Positions 40,117-51,008 of a stretch of 64,000 nt of DNA are shown here, in pieces; position 1 is the first letter of the stretch; every line of letters starts with the position of its first letter. The stretch comes from Desulfobacterales bacterium. GTDB lineage: Bacteria > Desulfobacterota > Desulfobacteria > Desulfobacterales > UBA2174. Location of the stretch: assembly GCA_963668645.2 (NCBI GenBank), contig CAXXWC010000003.1, forward strand, positions 1 to 64,000, in the 5' to 3' direction. The notes below the pieces were generated by a model. The model was not told the origin of the DNA and made no database searches. It saw only the letters and a list, made by a program, of their open reading frames with translations. The position numbers and the translations under genes were made by a program.

Positions 40117-40641
40117 ATGAACCCGAAAGACGAACAGGTGATCGTCGTTGATGCCGCCAACCGGGTGACCGGCGAGGCCCCGCGCTGGCGCATGCGGCGC
40201 GACAACCTGATCCACCGGGCCACCTATATCCTGGTTTTCAACACCCGCGGCGAGATCTTCGTGCACCAGCGCACCTTCACCAAGGACGTCTACCCGGGGT
40301 TTTACGATGTTGCCGCCGGAGGGGTGGTGACGACCGGCGAATCCTACGACGAATCGGCCCGCCGCGAGCTGGCCGAGGAACTGGGCATCACGGACCGGCC
40401 CCTGGAACCCCTTTTTGACAGCTACTGGGAGGACGAACGGTGCCGGGTATGGGGGCGGGTTTATCGCTGCGTTCATGACGGACCGATGGTCTTCCAGCCC
40501 GAGGAGGTGATCGGGGGGCGCTTCATGCGGCCCGAAAAGGTGCTCAGCGACCTGCCGGCCGAACGCCTGACCCCGGACGGCCGCCAGGTGCTGGCCCGTT
40601 TCCTGGCAGCGACCGCCCGGGATCCAGACAACCGGAATTGA
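40117..40641 (+). CDS. NUDIX hydrolase (YfcD/IDI-like)
   Basis: HRATYILVFN; Nudix box GGVVTTGESYDESARRELAEELGI. Confidence 0.9.
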   Translation: MNPKDEQVIVVDAANRVTGEAPRWRMRRDNLIHRATYILVFNTRGEIFVHQRTFTKDVYPGFYDVAAGGVVTTGESYDESARRELAEELGITDRPLEPLFDSYWEDERCRVWGRVYRCVHDGPMVFQPEEVIGGRFMRPEKVLSDLPAERLTPDGRQVLARFLAATARDPDNRN

Positions 40642-40715
40642 GATTCATCGTCGCAAGCGCCGCAGCATAACCTGAACTGTCTACGGTTTTTTGGGCGACA
40701 GGATCAGAGTGCGGA

Positions 40716-41144
40716 TCACATCCCCAGCCGTTGGATGATCTCTTTTATGCGCGCTTCGGCCTGCTTTTCCACGACCACCATGCGGTTGGCTCTGGCCTCC
40801 TTGATCTTTTTCTCCAGGGCCTTGATATCCGCAGGCTTTTCAAGAAAATCGGCCGCCCCCAGCTTCATGGCCTCTACGCTCTTTTCGATGGTGGCATGAC
40901 CGGTGAGCAGGATGATCTGGGCCTCGGGACGCTTGGCCTTGATCTCCCTGAGGGCCTGCATCCCATCCATGCCCGGCATCATGAAGTCGAGAATAACGGC
41001 GTCGAAAGTCTCCGCCTTGATTTTTTGCAGGGCTTCTTCGGCCGACTTGCAGGTCTGCACCGTCATCCCCCGGGCCTCCATGCGCGAGGCCATAGCTTCC
41101 AGAAAATCCTCTTCATCGTCGACGAGCAATACCTTTTCGGACAT
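40716..41144 (-). CDS. Response regulator (REC domain)
   Basis: Motifs LLVDDEEDF, ILDFMMPGMDG, LLTGH and LEKP. Confidence 0.92.
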   Translation of the reverse strand: MSEKVLLVDDEEDFLEAMASRMEARGMTVQTCKSAEEALQKIKAETFDAVILDFMMPGMDGMQALREIKAKRPEAQIILLTGHATIEKSVEAMKLGAADFLEKPADIKALEKKIKEARANRMVVVEKQAEARIKEIIQRLGM

Positions 41145-41420
41145 AAACAGCACCTCCTGATATCGGAATTGTTTTTTGGGTGATATTCAATTACCAAGCC
41201 CCCTGCATCCACGTCAAGACGCAACCCGGCGCACGGCCCGCCCCCTGCTCCGGGACGAACCCTAAATACTGCGACAGCCTGACGGGACACGGGTCGCCTC
41301 CATATAGTGGCACTGCGTACGGCTAAAGGCAACCGGGAGTCGTTGCATGCAGCAAGCATATTTTCGGTTGAGTGCCACGCCCGAATTCCTTAACATGGTT
41401 TTCGAAAGGAAAACCGTCCT

Positions 41421-42665
41421 ATGTCCCAAGACCCGCAGAAACTACCGGAAAAGGCCGAGTTGCTGGAACGCCTGCACACCGCGGGCTTCAACGTACCGTC
41501 GTTTATCTATCTGAAGCCGGAAGACTTCAAGCAGGAGCGCTTCGCGGCCCTGGAAGCCTTTCTGGCGGCCCATTGCGACGGCTACAAGGTCATCGCACGC
41601 AGCGCCCACGCCCAGGAACACCAGTTCAAAAGCGGTACCTTCGATTCCATCGGCACTTACGCCGACGTGGGCGGCATCCAGTATGCCCGCAAAAAGATGA
41701 TCCGCATGGCCCGGACCACCAAACGGTTGTCTATCCTGCGCCAGCAGCATTTCAACCATGCCCCCCAGATCGACTTGGAACAGATGGGTGTCATCGTCAT
41801 GCCCTATATCGAGGGCACGAGCATCATGGCCAAGATGATCGCCAATCATTGGGAATTCGGCTACTGCCGCAACAGGTCGCGCAAGCTCCAGAACGAGCCG
41901 TGCATCACCCAGATTCCCCACGACCGCAATCTACTCCAGCTATCCCAAAAAATAGAGGAAACCTTGGGCTTTCGCTGTGAAATCGAATACGTCGTCTCCA
42001 ACCAGGGAGAAATCTTCGTGGTCCAGGCCAAGGACATCTCGCATATCGAGATGCTCGAGCCCCGCGAGAGCCAGCGCAGCATCCGCCTGGACGGGGTGCG
42101 CCGGGTGCGCAAACGCCGCAACTACCGCGAGCGCCCCCTCTACGTAATCAACAACCGGTCCTTTTACATCAAGCTCATCGGCCTTTGTGAGGACATCCTT
42201 TCCGGATCCGTTGACCCGCACCCCGGCCTGGACATTGCGACCCGCACCATCCATGACTACGAAACCGACATGGAGCGCTTTGCCCTGCGCCACGAGCGCT
42301 TCGCGGTCCTGGGCCTCTCCATTCAGGACGCCGAGGACCTTTTTCAGATTGCCAGCCATTACCTGGACGAGACCCCCGACTTGCACGCCCCGCTGGCCAA
42401 GGCCCTCAACGGACTTCAGTACCAGATCGACATCTTCATCGCCGAAGCCGACACCATGATCGCCCGGGACCGGCTGCGCATCAATCTGGGCAGCCACGAC
42501 GCCTATGGCATCAACACGGTGCGCTATCCGGTCTGGTCGGTCTACTGGCAGACGGAGCGGCATGAAGCCGTGGTCAGGGAATTTATCCGGATGGGATTCA
42601 AAACGGGCGATACGGCGGCCATCGAAATCGATGCCGAGGGGCTCCCCACCGTTTTCCGGCTCTGA
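41421..42665 (+). CDS. Protein with an N-terminal PEP-synthase/PPDK ATP-grasp-like domain
   Basis: KAELL..L..AGFNVP, VIARSA...SGTFDS, MGVIVMPYI and EIEYVV...IFVVQAK. No phospho-His swivel motif seen. Confidence 0.55.
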   Translation: MSQDPQKLPEKAELLERLHTAGFNVPSFIYLKPEDFKQERFAALEAFLAAHCDGYKVIARSAHAQEHQFKSGTFDSIGTYADVGGIQYARKKMIRMARTTKRLSILRQQHFNHAPQIDLEQMGVIVMPYIEGTSIMAKMIANHWEFGYCRNRSRKLQNEPCITQIPHDRNLLQLSQKIEETLGFRCEIEYVVSNQGEIFVVQAKDISHIEMLEPRESQRSIRLDGVRRVRKRRNYRERPLYVINNRSFYIKLIGLCEDILSGSVDPHPGLDIATRTIHDYETDMERFALRHERFAVLGLSIQDAEDLFQIASHYLDETPDLHAPLAKALNGLQYQIDIFIAEADTMIARDRLRINLGSHDAYGINTVRYPVWSVYWQTERHEAVVREFIRMGFKTGDTAAIEIDAEGLPTVFRL

Positions 42666-42739
42666 ACCGGGTAATAAATTTTCTTCACTTCCACCTTGAC
42701 GACTAAGCAAAAATTCAATAAGGGGAACCTTACATAGTG

Positions 42740-42925
42740 GAGTAGTACTTTCAGGTGCTCATCAGAGCTTAATAGGGAACCCCGTGAAAATCGGGGACAG
42801 GCCCGCTGCTGTGACCCCTGCCGGCGAAAAGACACGCCGGACCCCGAACGCCTTCGTGTGCCACTGTCCAATCGGATGGGAAGGCCGCGGCCGGGGAGGG
42901 AAAGTCAGAAGACCTGCCTGAAATG
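42740..42925 (+). ncRNA. Cobalamin riboswitch
   Basis: AGGTGC...AATAGGGAACCCCGTGAAAATCGGGGACAGGCCCGCTGCTGTGA ... GCCACTG...GGGAAGGC ... AAGTCAGAAGACCTGCCT (B12 box), upstream of a TonB receptor. Confidence 0.95.
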
Positions 42926-43077
42926 TCGGGACGTGTATTCCGGGGAGGGAAACACGCCCCACCATGATCTTGTGGATAAAAAAGGGAAATCCCCGGATCG
43001 AATCGTTGATCGGTCCGGGGATTTTTGTTTTCCCCGGACGAACCGGCTTCCATTTTTCATTCCAAGGAGGGTTCGCG

Positions 43078-45003
43078 ATGAAGCGGCAAAGGTGCGTCCG
43101 ATGGGTATTGGCGGGGTTGATGCTGTGGGCTGTGCCGGCCTTTGGCCAGGATAGCGACAACACCCGAAAGGAGGCGGTCTACGAAATCGATACGATGGTA
43201 GTGACCGCCGGGAGGATCGAGGAAAAAATCGAGGATGTGACCAGCAACATTACCGTGATCAACGAGGGAGAAATCACCCAATCTTCGGCCCATGACCTGG
43301 GCGACCTGCTTCAAGAGCAGGGCTTCATGGTTCAGGAATACCCCAACTCGATCGTTGCAGTGGATGTGCGCGGCTTCAAGACCGACATCTACGATTCCGA
43401 TCTGGAAGGGTACGTGTTGATTCTCATCGACGGGGTCCGGGCCGGCACCGGACTGCTCAACAAGATCAACATCAATAACGTGGAACGGGTGGAAATCATC
43501 CGTGGCCCCGGGTCCGTGCAGTACGGCGCTTCGGCCATGGGCGGGGTGATCAATGTGATCACCAAAAAAGGCCGCGGCAAACCGTCCGTCTATCTGGAAC
43601 AGACCCTGGGAAGCTGGGATTTCGAAAAAACCGCTGTCGGAGGCTCGGGAAAGATCAAGGCCTTTGATTTTTCCTTCGCCGCCTCCACCGAATCCCAGGG
43701 CGATTATTCCACCGCCGACGGCGATACCTATTACAACACCGGCTTTGATTCCAAGGAAAGGATCAGTGCCAATGCCGGCTGGACGTTTATGCCCAAAAAC
43801 CGTTTCGGTGTGACCTATACCGGCTACAAGGCCGAAGATGTCGGCAATCCGACCTATTTCAGCAAAAACGACAAGACGGACAAGATTCACACATCCACCA
43901 ACAGCAAGGTGGATCTGGATTATCACGGAGAGACGATCGACGGCTTCTGGGCCTGGAATCTGAACTACTTCAATGGCGAGAACAAGCGCAACTCCGATCG
44001 CGCCAACAAGGCGCCAAAAGATGAACAGCAGGGCGGCCAAGCCCAGTTGACGGCCAATTGGTCGCCCATCCAGATCACCGGGGGCGTCGATTGGACCCAC
44101 TATGAAAAGGCCAACACCTACGACAACCCGGCGGCCTTCTTGTTGACCAAGACCAAACTGTTCGACGACCGCCTGGTGATCTCCGCGGCCCTGCGCTACG
44201 ACGAGTATGAAATGGAAGACGACGCCGGCAAGAGCACCGACGACACGAACTGGACCCCCAGCGTGGGCGTATCCTTCAAGATCATTCCAGAACTGCGGGT
44301 GCGGGCCAATTATGCCGAAGGATTCAAGGTGCCCACCGCGGAGCAGCTTTTCAGATACAATGACTACGGCTATGCCGTGCTGGAGGGCAACCCGGACCTT
44401 GTCCCCGAAAAGAGCAAGACCTACGAAGTCGGCCTGGATTTCAACAAAGGGTCCCTTCACAGCACCCTGACCTATTTCGACACCTCCTTTGAAGACAAGA
44501 TCAGCTATGTGAATCCGACGGCCGGCTACTGGACCTATGAAAATATTCCGGGCGCCACCATTTCCGGGCTCGAGGGCAACATGAAGCTGGATATCGCCTC
44601 GATCTTCGACTGGAACGTTCAACTGGCCCCCTACGTCTCCTTTACCCACCTGATCAAGTACGAAAATGACGATACCGGCGAAGACCTCTACTACAATCCC
44701 GAGTGGAAGGTCTCCTATGGCCTGTGGTTCGCCGTGCCGGATATGGGTTTTGTCTCCAAGCTGAACTTCGCCCATTTCAGCGACCAGTTGATCACCGACT
44801 ACGAGGGCACCGGGCAGACCAGCCTGGACGGGTATACGGTGGCCGATCTGACCATCTCCAAGACGCTTTTGACCACCGAAAAATACGGTGAAGTCTCACT
44901 CAAGGCCGATGTGCGCAACCTGTTCAACGAGGATTACGCGGTTATCCAGGGCTATCCGTCGCCCGGCCGGACATTCTTTGTGGGACTCAAGTACCAGTAT
45001 TGA
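43078..45003 (+). CDS. TonB-dependent receptor (BtuB-like)
   Basis: Signal peptide, TonB box DTMVVTA, plug (VERVEIIRGPGSVQYGASAMGGVINVIT), C-terminal NLFNEDY...GRTFFVGLKYQY. Confidence 0.92.
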   Translation: MKRQRCVRWVLAGLMLWAVPAFGQDSDNTRKEAVYEIDTMVVTAGRIEEKIEDVTSNITVINEGEITQSSAHDLGDLLQEQGFMVQEYPNSIVAVDVRGFKTDIYDSDLEGYVLILIDGVRAGTGLLNKININNVERVEIIRGPGSVQYGASAMGGVINVITKKGRGKPSVYLEQTLGSWDFEKTAVGGSGKIKAFDFSFAASTESQGDYSTADGDTYYNTGFDSKERISANAGWTFMPKNRFGVTYTGYKAEDVGNPTYFSKNDKTDKIHTSTNSKVDLDYHGETIDGFWAWNLNYFNGENKRNSDRANKAPKDEQQGGQAQLTANWSPIQITGGVDWTHYEKANTYDNPAAFLLTKTKLFDDRLVISAALRYDEYEMEDDAGKSTDDTNWTPSVGVSFKIIPELRVRANYAEGFKVPTAEQLFRYNDYGYAVLEGNPDLVPEKSKTYEVGLDFNKGSLHSTLTYFDTSFEDKISYVNPTAGYWTYENIPGATISGLEGNMKLDIASIFDWNVQLAPYVSFTHLIKYENDDTGEDLYYNPEWKVSYGLWFAVPDMGFVSKLNFAHFSDQLITDYEGTGQTSLDGYTVADLTISKTLLTTEKYGEVSLKADVRNLFNEDYAVIQGYPSPGRTFFVGLKYQY

Positions 45004-45014
45004 CGGGGGATCCA

Positions 45015-47042
45015 ATGCGATCGCTGCGTTTTCATCTGCCGCTCCTGCTGGTCCCGGCTTTTTGTATGGCGCTGATGCTCCCGGCGTCCGGCCGGGGCGC
45101 GGATTTTCCCCTGTCGCTGACCGATGCGTTGGGCAGGCGGGTCTGCTTTGCGGCCCGCCCCCAACGGGTCGCCTGCCTTGCGCCGTACGTCACCGAGATG
45201 CTCTCGCGGTTCGGCCGGGACCAGACCCTGGTGGGGCTGACCCGCGAGGATCTGACCCTCAACAGCGCCCTTCGCAAAACCAACATCGGCTCGTATTTCA
45301 GCCCGGACATCCAGGCCGTGATCCGATGCCAACCGGATCTGGTAATCGCGGCCCCCTCCCATGAAACGGTGATCCGGCATTTCGAAAAAAGCGACTGCCC
45401 GCTGATGGTCATGGCGGCCGGCACCATCGAAGAGGGCTTTGCCCATATGCAGATGATCGGCCGGCTCTTTGGGTGCGAGGCCCGGGCCGCGGCCGTGGTG
45501 CAGCGCAATCGGGAGCAGCTTTCTGTGGTGGCGGCCAGACTGGCTGCTGTGCCGGGCCTGGAGAAAAAGCGGGTGGCGCGGGTGATGGCCGCAGAGACGC
45601 TGTTTTGTCCGGGCGATGATTCTTTTCAGATCCAAATGATTGAAGCGGCCGGCGGCCTTGCGCCGCGCTGGGGCAAGAACGGCTTTGCCGTGCCGGTAGA
45701 CCCGGAAGCCTGGCAGCGGTTCAATCCCCAGGTCGTCTACGGATGCCATCTGAACGAAAAAGCCGTCCAAGCGATCCTGAACCAGGACGGCTGGAAGGAT
45801 GTGGATGCGGTGCGCAGCGGATCGGTGGCCATGTTCCCCTGCGAGCTGACCTGCCGCGTCTCGGTCCGGACAGGGGCTTTTGTCCAGTGGCTGGCCGCTG
45901 TTCTCTATCCGGATCTTTTTGCCGACCCCGGCAAGGCCGTGCTTGAAAACACGGTCCTGGCCCGAAAGCCGCTGGCGCTGGACCTGGATTATATCAAACA
46001 GGCCGGGGTGGTGACCCACCGGGTGGCCGACGCGCAATACAAATCCCTGCTGGTCGAGTTCAAACGGCCCATAGATGTGCTTTCGACCCTCGAAGGCGCC
46101 CGGCCCGGCATAAAGGCCGTGGGCAACACCTATGTGCCCATGCACGCCAGCCTGGGCCACATGGCCCGCGGCATCGCCCAGGTCCAGGGGGCCATCGCCG
46201 AAAACCTGGGATTCGAGCCGGCCGCCTATGCCGGCCTGATGACCGGGGCCGACATGGACAACCTCTCCGTGCAAACCAGGGCCTTCAAGGATCTGAAGGT
46301 CACCGCCCTGGTAACGGCCGGGGTGCGCGGCAATGCCCTGCGGGTCTCGGAAGAGTTTGCCGCCCACGACAAGCCGGGAACCATCAACATCATCGTCTTG
46401 ACCAATCGCCGGCTTTCGCCCGGCGCCATGGCCTGGACCCTGGTGATTGTCACCGAGGCCAAGGCCGCAGCCCTGGCGGATCTGGATATCCGCAGCACCC
46501 ACCGGCCGTGGGAACGCCAGGCCACCGGCACGGGCACCGATACCGTCATTGTGGTGCAAGGCCAAGGACCGGCGGCCCCGTATGCCGGCGGGCACACCCG
46601 GATCGGCCAGTTGATCGCCAGTGCGGTGCATGCCGGGGTGACCGAAGCCATCTCGAAGCAAAACGGCATCAAGGCGGACCGGGACCTGTTTCAGCGGCTC
46701 AACGAACGCAGGATGGGCCCTGAACAGCTCGCCGGGCTCTATGAGGTGAAGATCGACAGACAGGTTCTGGCCTCGAAAATCGATTATTGGCTGGCCGATC
46801 CGTATGTCGCCGCCTTTATCGAATCCGCCCTGGTGCTCAGCGACGCGTACCGCAAGGGACTGGTCAAGGATCTGGCCTTTTTCGACACCATGTGCGCCGC
46901 GGCGACCGCCCGGGTGAGCGGCGGGACTGGAAGCCTCCCGCCGGACCTGTCTGCCGTCCCCCTGCCGGTGGTGATGGCCAAGGCCTTCGGCGCCCTGGTC
47001 GCCGGCATCACGGAGCAAGAATCTGAAAGGAGCCGGCCATGA
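45015..47042 (+). CDS. cbiZ: Fusion of a BtuF-like periplasmic binding domain and adenosylcobinamide amidohydrolase (CbiZ)
   Basis: N-terminal TDALGRRV...PQRVACLAP, PDLVI; C-terminal LMTGADMDN, VTAGVRGNA, GTINIIVL, TEAKAAAL and ATGTGTD. Confidence 0.85.
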   Translation: MRSLRFHLPLLLVPAFCMALMLPASGRGADFPLSLTDALGRRVCFAARPQRVACLAPYVTEMLSRFGRDQTLVGLTREDLTLNSALRKTNIGSYFSPDIQAVIRCQPDLVIAAPSHETVIRHFEKSDCPLMVMAAGTIEEGFAHMQMIGRLFGCEARAAAVVQRNREQLSVVAARLAAVPGLEKKRVARVMAAETLFCPGDDSFQIQMIEAAGGLAPRWGKNGFAVPVDPEAWQRFNPQVVYGCHLNEKAVQAILNQDGWKDVDAVRSGSVAMFPCELTCRVSVRTGAFVQWLAAVLYPDLFADPGKAVLENTVLARKPLALDLDYIKQAGVVTHRVADAQYKSLLVEFKRPIDVLSTLEGARPGIKAVGNTYVPMHASLGHMARGIAQVQGAIAENLGFEPAAYAGLMTGADMDNLSVQTRAFKDLKVTALVTAGVRGNALRVSEEFAAHDKPGTINIIVLTNRRLSPGAMAWTLVIVTEAKAAALADLDIRSTHRPWERQATGTGTDTVIVVQGQGPAAPYAGGHTRIGQLIASAVHAGVTEAISKQNGIKADRDLFQRLNERRMGPEQLAGLYEVKIDRQVLASKIDYWLADPYVAAFIESALVLSDAYRKGLVKDLAFFDTMCAAATARVSGGTGSLPPDLSAVPLPVVMAKAFGALVAGITEQESERSRP

Positions 47043-50000
47043 GCACCGCTGCTGCCAAAGGTGCCCGCATCTGGGGGCTTGCCCTGTTTTTCCTGCTGCT
47101 TTGCCTTTCCCCGGCACGAGCCGCGAAACTGGCCATCCTGGAAGTGGACATCTACGGCTATCAGCTTTACCAGGCCATCAAGGGACTCAACCTTCCCGAA
47201 TCCATCGAGACGCGCATGTTCTCGGCCCAGGAACTCGAAAACGACCCGCAGGCCAAGGCCTACATCGCCGATTGCACCGTGGTCCTGGTCGACGTGATGG
47301 CCGAGGAGCTGGCCGATTACATGATCGACAACCATCTGCTCGAAGGCCGCACCGTCTATGCCCTCAACCACGGCGGAGACCCCAAAAAGCTGACCGAAGA
47401 AGGCTTCGTTTTCGACCGGGAGATCATGAGCTATGGCGGGTGGCACCTTGAAAACACCATCAACATGATCCGCCTGGCGGTTCACCGGCATATCGATGCC
47501 TCGGTGACGTACGCACCGCCGGTGAAACCCAAGCGCCAGGGGCTGATCTACCATCCGGCGGCCTCCGAAAAATTCACCGATACGGCCGCCTACAAGCAAT
47601 GGAACATGGCCCGCAGTGATTACCACCCGGAAAATCCCTGGGTGGGAATTCTGTTTTCGGTGGACAGTCTCGGGCCGGGGCAGACCCAGGCCACGGACAA
47701 ACTGATCCGCAAACTGGAAGACTCGGGCTTCAATGTTCTGCCCACCGTCGGCTGGGAAAGCCGGGCCATGGCCGAGGTGTTCAGGCCGGTGGACGGCAAA
47801 CCGCCGGTGGACATCCTGATCACCTTCTGCATGAAGTTTGCCTCCACCATCACCGACGAGATCCGCCAGGGCCTGGTGGAACTGAATGTCCCGGTGATCA
47901 ACGTCATCCGCCCCTATCTTGAAACCATCGATCAGTGGCGCCGGAGCGAAGTCGGCTTCGGGCCTTTTGAAACGGTCTGGGCCGTGGCCACCCCGGAATT
48001 TTCCGGCGCCATCGAGCCCACTCCCCTCATCGGCAAAACCCAGATCCTTGATCCGGACACCGGACGCCGCCTGATGGTCCACGCCACCATCGATGAAACG
48101 GTGGATTACCTCATCCCCCGTCTGAAAAAATGGGTGGCCCTGCAGCGCAAACCGAATGCACAGAAAAAAGTGGCCATCCTTTACTACAACCACGGCGGGG
48201 GCAAGCAGAACATCGGGGCCGCCTACCTGAACGTGTTTCGCAGCCTTCAGATCATCTTGAAGCGCATGAAACAGGAAGGCTACGATGTCAAACAGATGGA
48301 CAAGCTCACCGAAAAAGGCATCAAGGAGCTGGTGATGACCAGCGGCCGCCATGTGGGCTCCTGGGCCCCGGGAGAGCTGGAGAACCTGCTGCGATCCCCG
48401 GATGTGGAGCGCGTCACGATCGAGGAGTACAAGACCTGGTTCGATACCCTTGCCGAAGCGTTCAAGCAAAAGGTGATCGAAGACTGGGGCCCGCCCGAAG
48501 ACTGCACGGTCATGGCGGCGGACGGCAGGCTGTTTATCCCCATGGTCAAGCTGGGCAATATCGTGCTGATGCCCGAGCCGTCCCGGGGCGGTTCGGGCGG
48601 CTCTTCGCAGGACGAGGTCAAGCTCTACCACGATCCTTACACCTACCCCACCCACCAGTACATCGCCGGCTATCTCTGGATCGCCAAGAAGTTCGGGGCC
48701 GACGCCGTGGTGCACCTGGGCACCCATGCCACCTATGAATGGCTCCCGGGCAAACAAGCCGGTCTGGCGCCCTCGGATCCGCCCGAGATCATGACCGGCG
48801 CCATTCCCAACATCTATCCCTATATCATGGACGATGTGGGTGAAGGCATGCAGGCCAAACGCAGGGGCCGCGGCGTGATCCTCGACCACCTGACCCCGCC
48901 CATGAAGGAGGCCGATCTTTACAGCGAGTACCGCCAGATCCACGACCTGTTTCACAAGTATCAAATCGCCCGCGCCAACGGCAGCGAGACCGCTCCCGAG
49001 TACATGCGAACCATGCGCGATCTGGTCGAGACGACCGGAATTGCCCGGGACCTGCGCCTGACCGAGATGAACGACGAGGCCATGGAGCAGATTCATCTCT
49101 ACCTGCACGAAATCGACGGCAACAGCCTGCCGTACGGGTTGCACACCTACGGCAACCCTTACAAACCTGAAGCGGCCGAGGAAACGATCCGGCTGATCCT
49201 CAAGCAGAACCCCGAGGCTGCGCCGGACCGGGTCGACAAAGACCTGAATCTTTCCCCGGTCCAGGAAATGACCAATTTCATCCGGGGGCTCAACGGCGAA
49301 TACATACCGCCGGGCGAAGGCAACGACCCGCTGCGCAACCTGCCGGCCATCCCCACAGGCCGCAATTTTTACGGCTTTTCCCCGGCCAAGGTCCCCTCCA
49401 AAGCCGCCTGGGAAGTGGGCAAGAAGGCCGCCATCCAGATGATCGAAACCAAACTCAAAAAGGACGGCAAGTACCCGCAAAAAGTGGGCGTGGTGCTCTG
49501 GGCCATGGAAACCACCCGCAACGAAGGGGTCAATGAGAGCACCATCCTCTATCTGATGGGGGTGGAACCGGTATGGGACGCCGTGGGCCGCGTCAAGGGG
49601 AGCCGGGTGATTCCCGGACCCCAGTTGGGGCGCCCGCGCATCGATGTGCTGATCAATCCGTCCGGGCTGTACCGGGACGTGTTCGGCAGCAAGCTCGTCT
49701 TTCTGGACGAGGCGGTGCAAAAAGCCATGGTCCAGACGGATATCGAAAATCTGCTGGCCCAAAACAAGGCGACCATCAAACAAGCCCTGATGGATGCGGG
49801 CATGAACGAAAAAGAGGCCGAAACGCAGTCGCGCTTTCGCATCTTCACCGAAAAGGTCGGATCCTACGGCAACGGCGTCAGCGGCAGGGTCCACGCTTCG
49901 GCCATGTGGGACTCGGATGAAGCCGTCAGCAGCACCTATCTGAACCGGGTCCAGTACGCCGTTGGCCAGGGCAAGTGGGCCGTGCCAGTCAAAGAAGCCT

Positions 50001-51001
50001 TCACGGAGAATCTGCGCGGGGTGGATATCGCCGTGCACTCGCGCTCCAGCAACGTGATCGGCATCGTGGACAGCGACGATTTCTACGAATACCTGGGCGG
50101 CATGACCCTGGCGGTCAAGCACGTCAAGGGCAAGGCTCCCGATGCCATGGTCACCATGCACCGGCGCAAGGACGAGATCATGGTGGAAGACGTGGCCAAG
50201 ACCATCGGCCGGGAAATACGCACCCGCTATCTGAACCCCCAATGGATCCAGGGCATGAAGCAGGACAACTATGCCGGGGCCCGGGAGATGTCGGAATTCG
50301 TCGAAAACCTCTGGGGCTGGCAGGTCACGGTGAGCGACGCCGTGGATGCGGCCAAATGGCAGCAGGTCTATCAGGTCTACGTGGAAGACAAGTACGGCCA
50401 GGACCTCAAGGCCTTCTTCAACCAGCACAACCCCTGGGCCTACCAGTCCATCACCGCGCGGATGCTGGAAACCATCCGCAAGGATTACTGGAAGCCCGAC
50501 GAAAAGACCATCAACAAACTGGCGGTGGATTACGCGCTCAACGTGGTGCAAAAAGGCGTGGCCTGCTGCCATCACACCTGCAACAACCCCATACTCAACC
50601 AGATGGTATACAACATCATCTCCCTGCCGGGGATCATGTCGCCGCAGATGGCGCAAAAATTCAAACTGGCCATCGAAAAAATGGCGCAAAAGCCCCTGGA
50701 AGAACAGACCGCCGAGCGCGAAAAGCTGGTGGCCAGGCTGGCCAGAATGGACCAGAAAGCCCCCGGCAAACAAAGCGATGCGGCCGGGGCGCAAAAGACC
50801 ATGGACAAGGCACCGGAAAAAGCAGCCGGCACATCCGAGGCTCCCAAAACGTCCAAAAAGGTGGAAGGCTACAAAATGCAGGACATGGACAGCCAGGATG
50901 AAACCAGCGTCCTGACATCCTCGGGGGTCCAGTGGGCCGCGGTATTGTTTGTCCTGCTGGTGCTGGGCGTATTCGCCTGGGGGGTCCGCTCCCGGAGGTA
51001 A
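47039..51001 (+). CDS. CobN/Mg-chelatase-H-like protein (BtuS/HmuS type) with signal peptide and C-terminal TM anchor
   Basis: Motifs PEFSGAIEP, HLGTHATYEWLPGK, GEGMQAKRRG, PTGRNFY, LGRPRIDV, RTRYLNPQWI, NLWGWQV and CCHHTCNNP. Confidence 0.9.
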   Translation: MSTAAAKGARIWGLALFFLLLCLSPARAAKLAILEVDIYGYQLYQAIKGLNLPESIETRMFSAQELENDPQAKAYIADCTVVLVDVMAEELADYMIDNHLLEGRTVYALNHGGDPKKLTEEGFVFDREIMSYGGWHLENTINMIRLAVHRHIDASVTYAPPVKPKRQGLIYHPAASEKFTDTAAYKQWNMARSDYHPENPWVGILFSVDSLGPGQTQATDKLIRKLEDSGFNVLPTVGWESRAMAEVFRPVDGKPPVDILITFCMKFASTITDEIRQGLVELNVPVINVIRPYLETIDQWRRSEVGFGPFETVWAVATPEFSGAIEPTPLIGKTQILDPDTGRRLMVHATIDETVDYLIPRLKKWVALQRKPNAQKKVAILYYNHGGGKQNIGAAYLNVFRSLQIILKRMKQEGYDVKQMDKLTEKGIKELVMTSGRHVGSWAPGELENLLRSPDVERVTIEEYKTWFDTLAEAFKQKVIEDWGPPEDCTVMAADGRLFIPMVKLGNIVLMPEPSRGGSGGSSQDEVKLYHDPYTYPTHQYIAGYLWIAKKFGADAVVHLGTHATYEWLPGKQAGLAPSDPPEIMTGAIPNIYPYIMDDVGEGMQAKRRGRGVILDHLTPPMKEADLYSEYRQIHDLFHKYQIARANGSETAPEYMRTMRDLVETTGIARDLRLTEMNDEAMEQIHLYLHEIDGNSLPYGLHTYGNPYKPEAAEETIRLILKQNPEAAPDRVDKDLNLSPVQEMTNFIRGLNGEYIPPGEGNDPLRNLPAIPTGRNFYGFSPAKVPSKAAWEVGKKAAIQMIETKLKKDGKYPQKVGVVLWAMETTRNEGVNESTILYLMGVEPVWDAVGRVKGSRVIPGPQLGRPRIDVLINPSGLYRDVFGSKLVFLDEAVQKAMVQTDIENLLAQNKATIKQALMDAGMNEKEAETQSRFRIFTEKVGSYGNGVSGRVHASAMWDSDEAVSSTYLNRVQYAVGQGKWAVPVKEAFTENLRGVDIAVHSRSSNVIGIVDSDDFYEYLGGMTLAVKHVKGKAPDAMVTMHRRKDEIMVEDVAKTIGREIRTRYLNPQWIQGMKQDNYAGAREMSEFVENLWGWQVTVSDAVDAAKWQQVYQVYVEDKYGQDLKAFFNQHNPWAYQSITARMLETIRKDYWKPDEKTINKLAVDYALNVVQKGVACCHHTCNNPILNQMVYNIISLPGIMSPQMAQKFKLAIEKMAQKPLEEQTAEREKLVARLARMDQKAPGKQSDAAGAQKTMDKAPEKAAGTSEAPKTSKKVEGYKMQDMDSQDETSVLTSSGVQWAAVLFVLLVLGVFAWGVRSRR

Positions 51002-51008
51002 GCATCTT

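Noticed and set aside
46784..50794. 1336-aa ORF on the minus strand, and similar long antisense ORFs (e.g. 4220-5959, 43057-44775, 44952-47117, 53302-54930)
   Set aside because: They are shadows of well-supported plus-strand genes in GC-rich, codon-biased DNA and carry no recognisable motifs.
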